DNA of 64,000 bases from Octopus vulgaris (Eukaryota): NCBI GenBank assembly GCA_951406725.2, contig OX597817.1, positions 66,588,001 to 66,652,000 of the forward strand, written 5' to 3'. Position numbers and translations under genes: made by a program. Position 1 is the first letter of the stretch. Each line of letters begins with the position of its first letter. Of this stretch, positions 28,990 to 41,370 are shown piece by piece. The notes under the pieces are model-generated. The model saw only the letters and a list, made by a program, of their open reading frames with translations, searched no databases and had not been told where the DNA came from.

Positions 28990-29507
28990 TTAATTAGTAT
29001 AAATCTTCCATCGAGTAGGGAGCCGGCTTCCAACAAAGATACAAGGCTCCATCTTTGGGTTGTAGTCAACACAAATTCACATTTGCAACTTGAGAAAAGT
29101 CTTGCATATTTTTACTGTTCCACTCACAGATTGCACTTGTAATGTACGAGTCAGCCGGTCGATTTCTCTTTCTCAAGATCCCAGTTTATCCAGATTCTCC
29201 TTTAAGTATTTACTAACAAAACATAATGCTCCAATTATTATTGAATATGAATTCATAGCCTGGATATTGAAGCTGGAGATTTCGAAGCAGTTGTCCATAG
29301 GTATCCATTTTTTCTTTGATTTTCAAGGAGATACTTATATCTGCAGGGCAGCTGACCTCTATGATGGTACATACCTTCTTTGCCTTTCTGTCCCAAACAA
29401 CAATATCTGGTCTATTATGTTTACATCTGACAGAAGTTTTGATGGGAATACTCCATCAGTATTCATTGGGTTGGTGTTTATGAATGTATTCCATAACAGA
29501 GGGATTG
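28990..29507 (-). mobile_element. 3' end of an RLE-type (restriction-like endonuclease) non-LTR retrotransposon
   Basis: Translation IPIKTSVRCKHNRPDIVVWD..CTIIEVSCPAD..KMDTYGQLLRNLQLQYPGY..IIGAL..SGTVKICKTFLK. Cut at 29508 by a TIR element. Confidence 0.8.
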
Positions 29508-29760
29508 GATCTTTACCTTTTGACCTACAGATTTAAAAAATAATCTTTTGTAACTAAACACTTTCAAACTTCGGACACTGGTAGAATGTGTCATATCAAA
29601 CATCTTTTACTCCTAGCATTTTTGAGAAAAACTTATATTTACGAAGTTATTTCACGTTAAAGTTCTCGTATTTCGGACAATTTCAACCAATCAATGACGT
29701 GTATTCAGCTGAATATAATTACTGCTGTTTTTTTTTGTCAATAACAACAATCAGGGGATT
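29508..29760. mobile_element. Solo arm of the GGATCTTT-ended fold-back family
   Basis: ggatctttaccttttga..taactaaacactttcaaacttcggacactggtagaatgtgtc matches the termini at 32376 and 32942. Confidence 0.7.
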
Positions 29761-30082
29761 TTCTCAGTTTATTTCTGGACAGCCCTTTTTGCGGATGTCA
29801 TTGTAAATTGTTTTAGCAACAACATCGTGTTTAGCAACAACATCAGGAAGAGAGATCGCCTTGAGGAGCTAACTGCCAACTCGTACTATGTTACTCACTT
29901 CATTTTTCAGTACTGCATTTATATATTTATTTTTGGTGCTGTTATTTAGCAAGTGCTGTCTGAGTGATACCATACGGCATTCGATGGCCGTCTGCACTGA
30001 TCTCAGGCCTCTACCACCTTCATGTATGTATGTATGTATGTATGTATGTATGTATGTATGTATGTATGTATGTATGTATTAA

Positions 30083-30720
30083 ATAAGTTTCGCTGAAGTT
30101 GGCCCAGGCCATGTCTAATCTAATAGCATCACCTGGAAGAGATATATAGTCAGCTTTTGGGCACCATAACCCATTCGAGCAGAGAGTTATTGTTTCCAGT
30201 GACATATCCCGGTGCGGGTGGTTTGTCTGGTATTTGTTGGAGGTTATCATCTAGGGACCGTTTGAATGCCGTGAGATTACTTTCCTCCTTTGTGTGGGCT
30301 GGTACGATGATGAAGAGAGCAGGACCAGTTGAGGTGAAATAGTTCTGTTGTAGTGTTGTGATACGATATGAACATGACTTCTGTAGCGGACGGATGGCAC
30401 GAAGACCAAGCTTCGAATGGATTTTAAAGATGATATCTATATCATTTGGGCAATGTTGATGGACTATTTTCCACATCATACAGATGATATGGCGCTCACG
30501 GCGGCGTTGGAAGGAGTAAAGCCTGAGCTTTTTGAGTCGAGCCCAATAGTCAAGGCTTGTCATGCCATTTTTTTTTTTGTGATTGATTTCATTGGAGCTT
30601 CAATTTTCATAATATCCTGTATCGTAAAGCGTGGGGGAACCACAGCGAACAGCAGTATTCAAGGTGAAGGCGAGCAAAAGTTAGAGAAAAGTAGAATAAA
30701 AAGTTTTGACGGTTTTATAG
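30083..30720 (-). mobile_element. CR1-like LINE 3' end followed by (TACA)n
   Basis: [32 protein letters not shown] (ORF 30150-30563). Confidence 0.8.
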
Positions 30721-30776
30721 ATATTTCAAAATTATGTAGCTATGATGCTAGGTGTTTCCATTATTTTGTCCAACCC

Positions 30777-30831
<55 letters not shown>

Positions 30832-30859
30832 TGTATATATATATATGCATGTATATATG

Positions 30860-30933
<74 letters not shown>

Positions 30934-30936
<3 letters not shown>

Positions 30937-31485
30937 TATATAAAATTCGTTCTGTCTGTCTGTCTGTCTGTCATCTCGGATCTCGGGCATCTTCCATCCG
31001 ATTGCGCTCAAATTTGATATGTAGATACCGACGGTATCAGGGCGTGTATAAGTCTTGAAAAAATTACAAAAATCGATTCCAGGTGAGAATGCGATCGATA
31101 AAGCCGTTTTTGTCCTGCTTTTCTTCCGTCAACCTGTACATAACTGCATCTTCCATTTTTGTTGTTTTTGTACTGCTTAAAGGCACGTTTCTTTCCTGCC
31201 AAGCTTACTGTTTGAACCATGTTTGTGTTCTCCCAGTCAACAGCCTTATCATTACTGGTACTTTAAACTCTTCGATTGCATATTTGTGTGAATAAAATCG
31301 TTTTTCTTTGGAATAGAAAAAAAGTCTATCTTTATTTCTTCTTTTGATGGTGTCTCAAATTTAGGTTAAATCAGTGTTTCTCAAAGTGGAGGCCTATGGG
31401 ACGGCCGGACAAGTTGTTTTGAGAAAATTTGGTTTAAATGTTTGACAACTCAGCACCGTCCATGGGACGGGGAGCGTTTTGCGCG
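30934..31485 (+). mobile_element. Non-autonomous Helitron-like element in (TA)n
   Basis: A|TC ttatataaaa start, (TCTG)n near the 5' end, subterminal hairpin ccgtccatgggacgg. The 3' end is GCGCGT rather than CTAG. Confidence 0.6.
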
Positions 31486-31642
31486 TATATATATATATTG
31501 TTAGGTTATATTCTGTTAAAAACGTAGTTGAGTACAGTATAAAGCTCGCCCACCTTCAGATTTCACCCAGTGCCATATAACAGTAGTATTATACCTACTG
31601 CCAGATTTGCGTTGGGGCTACTGTAGTGTGTGAATGGATAAT

Positions 31643-31981
31643 TGAACAAGTTGGTGTCAATAAGAAGGAGTACAAAGGAACATTTATTTGTAATCACTAC
31701 AATCGTTTCCACGCAACGCAGTTCTCTATGTTCGTAGGTATTTGGTTATGTAACCGTTTCCCTTGATTGTGAGATTTTGCTCTTTCATCAGGTGATGTAT
31801 AAATATTGTTTCTGTGTTCTGTAAACTCAAATTTTCGGCTTCGACCGCATTCTTTCTGACTGTCGTGGTTTTGCACAAGATCTCACAACTACGTTGCGTG
31901 GAGAACTACATTGCGTTGAAGCAGTTGTGATTAGAAATAAATATTCTTCTGTACTCCTTCTTGTTGACTCCAACTTATTCA
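31643..31981. mobile_element. Old fold-back element (Penelope-type terminal repeat candidate)
   Basis: Imperfect ~85-bp inverted arms (aagttggtgtcaataagaaggagtaca / tgtactccttcttgttgactccaactt). Confidence 0.65.
31693..31796 (-). ncRNA. Type-I hammerhead-like motif with long, decayed helix II
   Basis: AUCAC-CUGAUGA-...-GAAA-C-GAUU-G-UA-GUGAU. Perfect 5-bp helix I and GUA triplet. Confidence 0.55.
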
Positions 31982-32375
31982 CATACACATACACACATAA
32001 AGATAAACTCTTGATTTATTAGAACTATTTTCGCTTGGAGAGAAGGTAAGCAAATGCCAACAGACAATTGCACCAAACTCCGAATGAGAAGGGGAGATAA
32101 TTTCAAGAATCCGTAATTCTCCGGAATTTACATACTATTATGGAAATGATCGTCGTCGTTGTTGTTGTTAAATGCCAACATTTGAAACCATTATTACTAT
32201 TATTAAGGCAATGAGCTAGCTGAATCTTTATCACCCCGGGCAAAATGTTTAGCGATATTTCTTCCAGCTTTACGTTCTGAGTTCAATTTCTTCCGAGGTT
32301 GACTTTACCCTTCATCCTTTTGAGATCGATAAAAACAAATACCATCTCAGCGCTGGAGTCAATGTTAGCCCTTCC

Positions 32376-34710
32376 GGATCTTTTCCTTTTGAACGGCAGA
32401 TGTCAACACAATTTCTAGTTAACTAAACACTTTTAAACTTCGTATACTGGTAGAATATGTTTATAAAACATCATTTTCTCTTGGTTTTATTGAAAAATTC
32501 TAGTTTGTAAGATATTTCGTCTGAAAATCCGAGCATTTCGGCAATTTTAACCAATCGATTACCTCCATTCAACTAAAATCATTTGCTGCGTCTAAAACTA
32601 AGACAACATCCTGTAACTAACCCTAAACCTCTCCCCTAACCCTAACCCTAACCCTAATTTTTTTTCTTAATTGTTAAATTAATTTAATTCCATTGCTTTA
32701 GTTTTTTTTTACACGTGTAACAATTAAATTAATTTAACAATTAAGAAAAAAAAATTAGGGTTAGGGTTAGGGTTAGGGGTGAGGTTTAGGGTTAGTTACA
32801 GGATGTTGTCTCAGTTTTAGACGCGACGCAGCAAATGATTTTAGCTCAAAAGAGAGCATAGGATTGGTTAAAATTCGAAAAATTAAACTACGTTAAAGAA
32901 ATAAATTACAATTTTCTCAAGAAAGCCAAGAGAAAAAAATGGGATCTTTTCCTTTTGAAAGCCAGATTTTCCTAGTTAACTAAACAATTTGGAACTTCGT
33001 ATACTGGCAGAATGTGTCAAAAGAAAACATAATTGTAAACCAAAATGAAAACGGAATTGTAATTTCTAAGTTAAACGTTGTTTAAAAATTCGAATTTTAA
33101 CCAATGATATTCTTTCTTTCGGCCTCATATTATTTACTGCTTCTCAAAATATTGTTACTGTGACGTAAACAGCTATTTTGTGACGTAGTTAACGTATCTA
33201 AAATATAAACATTACCGTCCCATATAACAAAGTCCTAAACAGACAGAATAATAATAAAAATACGGCGGGCTTTCGAAATAGCTGTCGAGAATAAAATGAA
33301 ATTTCGATGGTAAATTTTTGGAGGGATTTCGGTAATTTTCGTCACTCTAAAATACATGTAATTCGCATTAAATCTTATTTTTCTGAAAAATCCACGTTTT
33401 AAAACATTTTAACTGCCCACCCCCTTCCTTAACAATATTTCTTTCCCCAGTAAGTACAAGGCCTGAAGCTGATGGGAAGAACTAGTCGATTGTATTCAAC
33501 TGGTACTTATTCTATAAGCGCCGCCCGAAAGAAGGAAAGCTCAGCAATATTCGAACACGGAACGTTAAGATTCGTAAGAAATGACGCTTGGCATTTTATC
33601 CGATGCACTACCGATTCTGCCAGCTTTACATTATATTTTTCGTCGAAGTTTAACTATGTCACCATGATGATATATTTTTACGCGTGGACAAATAATAGAG
33701 AGATAATGTGGATCAGATGATATTACATGCTGACAAGGGCTTGGTAAAGGACTGTTAGAATGTTTAGGGATACGGTCCTATACGTTCGGGTTTCAACCTT
33801 CACCGGAATTCAAAACAAGCCGTCTGTTCTTCCACGGTCGAGAAAATACATCGATCAAGTATTGGAGATCGATATAAATGATTATACCTTCCACTCACCC
33901 CAAAATATATGCTTTGTGTCTATAATCAATATTACAAATATATTGTTATTGCTATTTAACTCAGGTCATCCTGATAAACCCGGTTGAGGATCAAAGGGTT
34001 CCAACTATGACCAACCCGTATTTTTGCGCCCCCCCCTTTTTTTTCAGATATAGCATCTATGATTATATTAGCCAATGTACCCTTCCTTTAACCCAGTAGT
34101 ATATGGTTTTAAGGGGATTTGGGTGTTATTCCTAGCACATGGACGAGCGAAAACGCAGAGGGGCCCTGATTATGTGCGAGTATGCGTATGGATGGGTACA
34201 TGTGTGTATGTGGGTGCATACAAGCCAAATAACCGGTTCAAGGCGTGTGTCAAACTGAAGAATCAAAGCGTGTGCACAAGTTTATAGTAAATATATACAT
34301 TGTATAGAGAAAACACCCAAAGCCTATACAAAAACACTGAATATGTGTTTATTATTCATCCAAAGTAAACAGTATGTGTGTGCTGTTTACGTCACAGTAA
34401 CAATATGTTTAGACGGAGCAAATAATTTCAACTGAATACAGAGAATACGATTGGTTAAAATTCGCAGATTTAAACTACGTATAAACTTATAAAATACATT
34501 TTTGTCAAAAAAACTAGTTGAAATCATTGTTTTCTTTTGACACATTCTACCAGTATACGAAGTTTCAAATTATTTAGTTAACTAGAAAAATCTGGCTTTC
34601 AAAAAGAAAAGATCCAAAAAATGTTTTATTTTGACACATTCTACCAGTATACGAAGTTTTAAATTGTTTAGTTAACTAGAAATTGTCTGCCGTTCAAAAG
34701 GAAAAGATCC
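32376..34710. mobile_element. Fold-back DNA transposon (outer, about 650 bp without the insert) carrying inverted telomeric repeats
   Basis: Ends ggatcttttccttttgaacggcaga / tctgccgttcaaaaggaaaagatcc. 8-bp TSD GCCCTTCC at 32368-32375 and 34711-34718. (CCCTAA)4 at 32634-32657 and (TTAGGG)4 at 32755-32778. Confidence 0.9.
32942..34615. mobile_element. Related long-TIR element (inner), inserted into the right arm of the outer one
   Basis: ~230-bp TIRs starting ggatcttttc. 8-bp TSD AAAAAATG at 32934-32941 and 34616-34623. About 1.2 kb of non-coding interior. Confidence 0.88.
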
Positions 34711-36217
34711 GCCCTTCCCACCAAATTTCAGACCATGTGCTTATATTAGAGAGGATTATCTGCATTAATTTTGTCATATTTTCTTTCATGTTCATTTTAA
34801 GAATATTAATGTGAAATTAATATAGAGCTGTTAAATGTTACGTAATAAATTATATTTTCCTTTGTGAGTGGGTATGGAGGCATCGGGATGATGAATTGGA
34901 GAAGGGAGCAGAGACTACAGAAAAAAGAAAATGATTAAGAAACCCTGTTCTGTATGGTCGCTCGACCTGCTAGAAACAGAAAGTAAATTTCTCTCAGATC
35001 TTACTAAATAGGAAGAATACACTGAATGATGTCGCAACTCTATGCCACACAAGTAAAAATGAAAAGAAAAAGACGAAATTCTGGTTTCTAGAATGTTTTT
35101 AATAATAGACTTGAGGCTAAACACCACCAACAACTTCAGCAACAGTTGCACAGTTATTTCATTAAAGAAAAAAACTGTGTTTAAACTGGTGAACTAAACT
35201 GTCTCACGGTGTTTAATTTCACTCAATCTTCGCTTGTCATATTTTAACCTCCTGAGACAACCATCATTTTGTCGTTTTCACAAGGATACTTAGACATTGC
35301 AAAACTGTTGAATTAACCAAAGTGAAAACACAGAATGAATAGTAAAAGATAGAGTTGAATATGAGATTATTAAAGTCTAAGTTAAAATGGCTTGCAGAAT
35401 TCTGTAACGTCTTTCTAAAATTTCAGTTTAAATCCCGTCGGGGTAGGGGTGACTTTGCCTTTTTAATCTCTCCGAAGTCATTAAAAAAATAATTACCATT
35501 CAGGCAATGGGGTCGGTTTAATTTGTTGTGCTCTCTTTTTTCAAATTAAATGGCTTTAATCCCTATATCAGAAATCATCTATAACAAAAATCATATCGAG
35601 CAGAAGTAATAGATGTCTGCATGACATCTGTAATGTATTAGAGTTCAAATCACGCCGAGCTCAGTTTTGCCTTTCCTATATATGGGGCGGAGGCGGGGGT
35701 CGATAAAAATAATTACTAGTCAAGTATTAGGATTGATTTAATTGACTAATCCTTCTCAACATCCTACACAAAATCGTGATCTTGTGTAGACATCTTTATT
35801 ACCTATTTCTTTATTACCCACAAGGGGCTAAACACAGAGGGGACAAACAAGGACAGACATAGGTATTAAGTCGATTACATCGACCCCAGTGAGGAACTGG
35901 TACTTAATTTATCAACCCCTATTACCGTCAGGAGAGTATTTCCGGAGAGAATATTCTGCTGTCAACAGCCACTCAAGACAGGGCCTCTAAAGAGTTGGGT
36001 TCAATCAGTATATTGGTCTGGAGCCCGCAGAGCTAAAAAAAGGGTCCTTTGAATTCTAAGATGGTACATCCTTCCAGGACTCGAAAGCGTCATATTTCGC
36101 CCCTTTTATATCATTCAATCAATATCCTGCGACCATGCTGGAGCACCGCCTTGTACGGTTCGTCGAACAAATCGACCCCAATTCTTATTCTAAGTCTGGT
36201 ACCTATTGTACTGTTCT

Positions 36218-36269
<52 letters not shown>

Positions 36270-36424
36270 TGTGTGTGTGTTTGTGTGTGTGTGTATGTGT
36301 GTGTGTGTGTATAGTTTGTATAACTGTGTATAGATAAATTAAATAAATATGTTAGTTAATCAAATTCCAGCATACTCTGATTTTCACATTTTATTTTTAT
36401 GTTTTTACCATCTTATATTACGCA

Positions 36425-37380
36425 TATCTTGGTCTCGATGAGCCAAGCTCAATAAGTCAACAAGGTGGCATTATATTTTGTACTAGTCTTGAAGTAGCAA
36501 GCGGTGCTATTGTATTACAGATTGTATACCTCCTACATTCGGTGACTAAAGCATCATTTAAATTAAGAAATTCAAACTTTGCTGTGCCGTAATTTGCTTC
36601 ACCAAAGTTCCCATATAAACCAGAAAGGGAAGTTGTCATAATCACTCTTCTATACTTCTGTTTAATTGTGCGTAGACATACAGCATGTGTTACCAAATGA
36701 GACCCTCTAAGATATACTCTTTGAATAGTACCCCAGTTATCACCTGTGGCTGTGACGGTCCCATAGAATTCCCGCATTATTTGTCAATATATCAATTTTG
36801 CCAAAAGCAATTAGAGAAGTTTCAACCAGCTTTTCTTTCTTCGACAGAATGGTAACCAGCAGCAAAAGGCGGCGAGCCGGCAGAAACGTTAGCATGCCGG
36901 GCGAAATGCGTAGCTGTATTTCGTCTGCCGTTACGTTCTAAGTTCAAATTCCACCGAGGTCGACTTTGCCTTTCATCCTTTCGGGGTCGATTAAATAAGT
37001 ACCAGTTACGCACTGGGGTCGATATAATCGACTTAATCCGTTTGTCTGTCATTGTTTGTCCTCTCTGTGTTAGCCCCTTGTGGGTAGTAAAGAAATAGGT
37101 ATTTCGTCTGCCGTTGCGTTTTGAGTTCAAATTCCGCCGAGGTCGACTTTGCCTTTCATCCTTTCGGGGTCGATAAATTAAGTACCAGATACGCACTGGG
37201 GTCGATGTAATCGACTTAATCCCTTTGTCTGTCTTTGTTTGTCCCCTCTAGGTTTAGCCCCTTATGGGCAATGAAGAAATAAGAAATAACAATGGTAACC
37301 AGCAACTGCTTTTCCTCCTTTTTCTTGAATTTTTCTCAGACAGCTTCATCAGCTGGTCACAAACTTTTACCAATGCTTTC
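36425..37380 (-). pseudogene. HSD17B4: Processed pseudogene fragment of peroxisomal multifunctional enzyme 2 (SDR domain)
   Basis: Colinear with the HSD17B4 N-terminus: GGKAVAGYHSVEE..KLVETSLIAFGKIDILTNNAGILWDR..W..IQRVYLRGS..KQKYRRVIMTTSLSGLYGNFGEANYGTAK..CNTIAPLATSR. Frameshifts and stops, no introns, SINE insertion. Confidence 0.88.
36864..37290 (+). mobile_element. SINE family B with internal tandem duplication, inserted into the HSD17B4 pseudogene
   Basis: TSD aatggtaaccagca(g/a)c at 36848-36863 and 37291-37306. Confidence 0.92.
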
Positions 37381-39689
37381 TATATTTTCATGCATTGGTG
37401 GCATATATTCGGTGTTCTGCTGTTATGTCGAACTCCGTTTTTAATTACTTAAAAATTTATAGTATTTTATTACATTGGTGTGGAACCACAAAGTTGTGTT
37501 GGCGATCTAACGTTACAAGAGATTACTGATCCACTATATGCTTGGCACTTACTTTATCGACCTCCTGGGGATGAACAGTTTATAGTTGACCTCCGAGAGG
37601 ATTTAAACTCAAAACGTAGAAGGAAGATATTTAGTCTGAAGTTCTACCGATTCTGCTTACTAAGCGTTTCCAATAAGTAAATAAATTTCTCTATATAGGA
37701 GGCGAACTTATATGTCACTTATTATTTTTTTTTTTTTTTTGTTAGGGGCACATTTTAGTAAGATCAGTTAAATGATGAGATGTAGTACAGAACGAAAGAG
37801 AAAGGAAAACAAAATTAAAAGATGTTGACCGACAGGACATCTGACCCATCCCCACCTCCATCCAATTTATCAAATTTCCAGTTATCTGAATTTCACCTTG
37901 TGTTCCAGTCACTTGTCCTATAGTTATTGTATGCAAAGAAGCAATCTTTCGTTATTTAAAAAAATCATTTAAATCGAGCACATATGGGAGAAGGTATCCA
38001 GTTGTGTGTATACACATACACACTACCATTGCTGTTTTTGTCTGAGTATATGTTAAATATTTTGATACCAAAAATTTCGTTTGCCTTATTTATTTCATAC
38101 TCAAATAAATAAACACCGTCATTTTTGACAGGTACTACACTAATATTGAAATACACAAAGAACAGTATTTACTTTCCTTGCATAACATTCCCAATTCAAA
38201 TACTTCTGGAAGATAAGATACGTACCAGTTATATGCTGTTAGAGATCCAGTTCCCTAAATCGCTTGCTCAGTACCCCAAATGGTAGAAAAATCACTATTT
38301 GAATAAAACAAAATATCGTTGTTATCCCTGTGAGCATAATTTTAATTCCCTACAGCGACAGACAGATCTGGGAGTAATGTGCAATATTTCGCAACGGTTT
38401 TTTCAATTTCTTTTGCTCTTTGGACATACATTATGGACGAATTTGACCACACGTTCATTACACTTCATGTTTGAATTGGGGTTTAAAACTTTTGCGTCAC
38501 GTTTCTGCGTCTATCAATTCCCTCCTTACCTCTCATTGGACTAAAATAAGAAAGAATTTCTCTTTATTTTATCTCTAGTTACTAATACTTGTGGTCAATG
38601 ATTTTGGACATGAATCGGTAAATTAGAAAAGCGTGGGGATGAGTTGGTAGAAATTTACCACGATGGTAGGTACACGATTCTGACCTTGATTCGTATTTGG
38701 CGGCCAAAATTTTAATATAAAAATAAACAAATGAATAAATAAATGAAATAACCCTGAAAAATTACGGTTGATAGACAAATATCCGCTTCATTCAATTATT
38801 TAACAGCTAAAAGTGTATCGAGAACATGGAATTACATTTCTGAATCAGCTCCTAAAAACCAAAACAAGTCATTCATAGCCAGGTCGAATTCCTTGATAAT
38901 TACAGTATCATCAAACATCAAAACTGTTTCAGCGAGTACTGAAAGCAGTTTTCACTGACTTGTAACTGTTACAAGTACATGCACAAACTACATACCTACC
39001 TTTATTATTAATGTACGACATCGATTTTCCGGAACCTTTAATGCCAAAGCCATTCCAGATGACTGATTCTTCCGAACCGAGGACGGTCACACTCTAATTT
39101 AAACAAATATTAAATTTATCTAAATAGATGAAATACAGGTATCTGTACAGTAGTATAGATGATACAAGGTACCAGCCAAGTGATCAGGTGGCCATGGTAA
39201 TTTGAAGCACCCACTCGTAAATTAGTGCGGATTATAAGCGGTTCCGGGCCATCAAGCTTTCGGAAAGACGGTGTTGTAACAATTTAAGCTTTTTGTTCGC
39301 CGTAATTCGTTGTTGCAACTGTTTTTTTATACTTTAATTTTTATTACCTTTTGTTTATAAAATGACACGGTTGTTTGAAAAAGCACTTTTAATAATGTAT
39401 TATTTCTTTTATTTTCTGTAGACAGACTCTTCTCTCTTCGGCCAAGCTATTACTGACTTCTTAAATTTCTATTTGAAAAGGAAGCAGGGGTTGAGAGGGA
39501 GGTGTTTCCCCCCACCTGTAAATTTGTTGAAAGATAGGCGAATATGGTGAGGATGGCCCGATTGAGCGGACTTATTCTATACTGGCACCTGTAGGAAGAA
39601 GAGAACGGACAGGAAAGGGGCGCCAAAATAAGAAAGAACTATCGTTATTGTTGTAATTGTTATGTTAATGTATGCTAATTTAGTTAGCA

Positions 39690-41370
39690 GATATTTCATC
39701 GTGATGTTTGGTGTCAACAATTTTCCTCAAATCTCAAGAAACTTCCTTAGGATTCTTGCAAAATATAGGCTGGTACTTTTCTGCTGGTCGACAATGCGAG
39801 TTCCAATTCCAGTCTTTCAGTCTTTTAGTTAGTATTTTGGGTGTTGTGCCTAGTGCATCAATTATCATAGGAATAATTGTTGTATTGGTCTTTCAGTCTC
39901 CTCAGCTCTCTGGCTAGATCCTGATATTTCTAAATTTTTTTTCAGTTTCTTTGGTATCGACTCTGCTATCATAAAGGATTTTAAAAACCTTGATCTTACA
40001 CTATTTGCTTATTGTGACCTCTATAATCATATCTAGTTTTCTTGCTTCAATAGTATTGTCAGTCTTTATAGGAAAATCTTACAAGATCCCGTAATTCTCA
40101 TTTTCTATCTCTACTTTGTGTTCGTACTACTTTTTTACCGTTTTGAAACCACACACTCGGCTTACATCCCAATGCACTCTTTTACCTACTCACAGTCGTG
40201 TTTATGCTTCTACTCCTTTTGTACAAGTACACTACACTCACTCAAAAGGTGATTCATACTCTCGTCTCCTTTCCTGCAGATTCTACATTTGCTGTCTGAC
40301 TGAGTTTTGTCGAACATTATCAGATTTATTCTTAGGGTTTGTTTTTGAGTGTCTACAGCTAGCGTTTACTGTCTCTCGTTTCAAGTTCTCATCCGTCAAC
40401 CAAAGATTGCGTTCTTTACTTCCAATATTCTCGGTTTGTTGCATGAATTCTTTTTTTACTCTGCACAACATAATTTTTCAGACCCAATATCACAGTATTA
40501 ACAGTGTCTTTTGCGTTAAAGTAATTCTCGACCATCTTCCTTTCTTGGTCGGTAGAGTAGGTCAATATTTCTTTTAGAGTGGGGTGCGTTTGTGCATTGT
40601 GAACAACTTTCTAGTTCTTCTATCCCACTTCTGTAATTCGACCTTTGTTCATTTCAGAACAGAGTATCTCAATACGGGCATAAGCCCATGTATTTATGGC
40701 TTTAATGATGTTCCCTCTATTTAATCTTGTTTCGAGCACCTTCCTAATTCTCTTCTTGTACTCCTTTCTCTTTTTACTTGTTTCAGTCATTTGACCGCGG
40801 CCATGCTGGAGCACCGCCTTTAGTCGAGCAAATCGACCTTAGGACTTATTCTTTGGAAGCCAAGTACTTATTCTATCGGTCTCTTTTGCCGAACCGCTAA
40901 GTTACGGGGACGTAAACACACCACCATCGGTTGTCAAGCGATGTTGGAGGGACAAACACAGACACACATACATATATATATATACGACGAGCTTCCTTCA
41001 GTTTCCGTCTGCCAAATCCACTCACAAGGCTTTGGCTATAGTAGAAGACACTTGCCCAAGGCTATAGTAGAAGACACTTGCCCAAGGTGCCACGCAGTGG
41101 GACTGAACCCGGAACCATGTGGTTAGTAAGCAAGCTACTTACCACACAACCACTCCTGCGCCTATGCAGTCACTTTCTCTCTCATTTCTCCTACCATTAT
41201 CCTATCATCTTGCAATACTCCTAGATATTTGTACCCTCGCGATTTAATGACGTTGTCTTGTGGCAATTATATGCATTCAGAGTTTTACCATCCGGCCTTT
41301 CTATATAATTAGTACTGCGCACTTGTTTACCCCTAACTGCATTCCAGTATTTCTACTGCATACTTTCATT
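39690..41370 (-). mobile_element. Decayed R4/Dong-like non-LTR retrotransposon 3' part, interrupted by a SINE
   Basis: KVLETRLNRGNIIKAINTWA, DFPIKTDNTIEARKLDMII, TIPMIIDALGTTPK. Confidence 0.7.
40768..41163 (-). mobile_element. SINE family A
   Basis: Reverse complement of 4998-5400, with a 27-bp internal duplication (ggctatagtagaagacacttgcccaa). Confidence 0.88.

Larger units (their letters stand above)
32205..34760 (+). mobile_element. SINE family B (32205-32375 + 34719-34760) split by nested fold-back elements
   Basis: The SINE body stops at gcccttcc and resumes after the duplicated gcccttcc with 'caccaaatttca..gtgcttatattaga'. Confidence 0.75.

Noticed and set aside
30745-30780. Tc1-like terminus (ccattattttgtccaacccctg-TA)
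   Set aside because: A lone short end with no partner TIR in the window.
32617-32795. Ancient telomere fusion site
   Set aside because: The orientation is CCCTAA..TTAGGG, opposite to a fusion, and the arrays lie inside a TSD-bounded transposon.
36457-36777. Functional short-chain dehydrogenase gene
   Set aside because: Frameshifts, stops and a SINE insertion, and the Rossmann TGxxxGxG start is not visible. Called a pseudogene.
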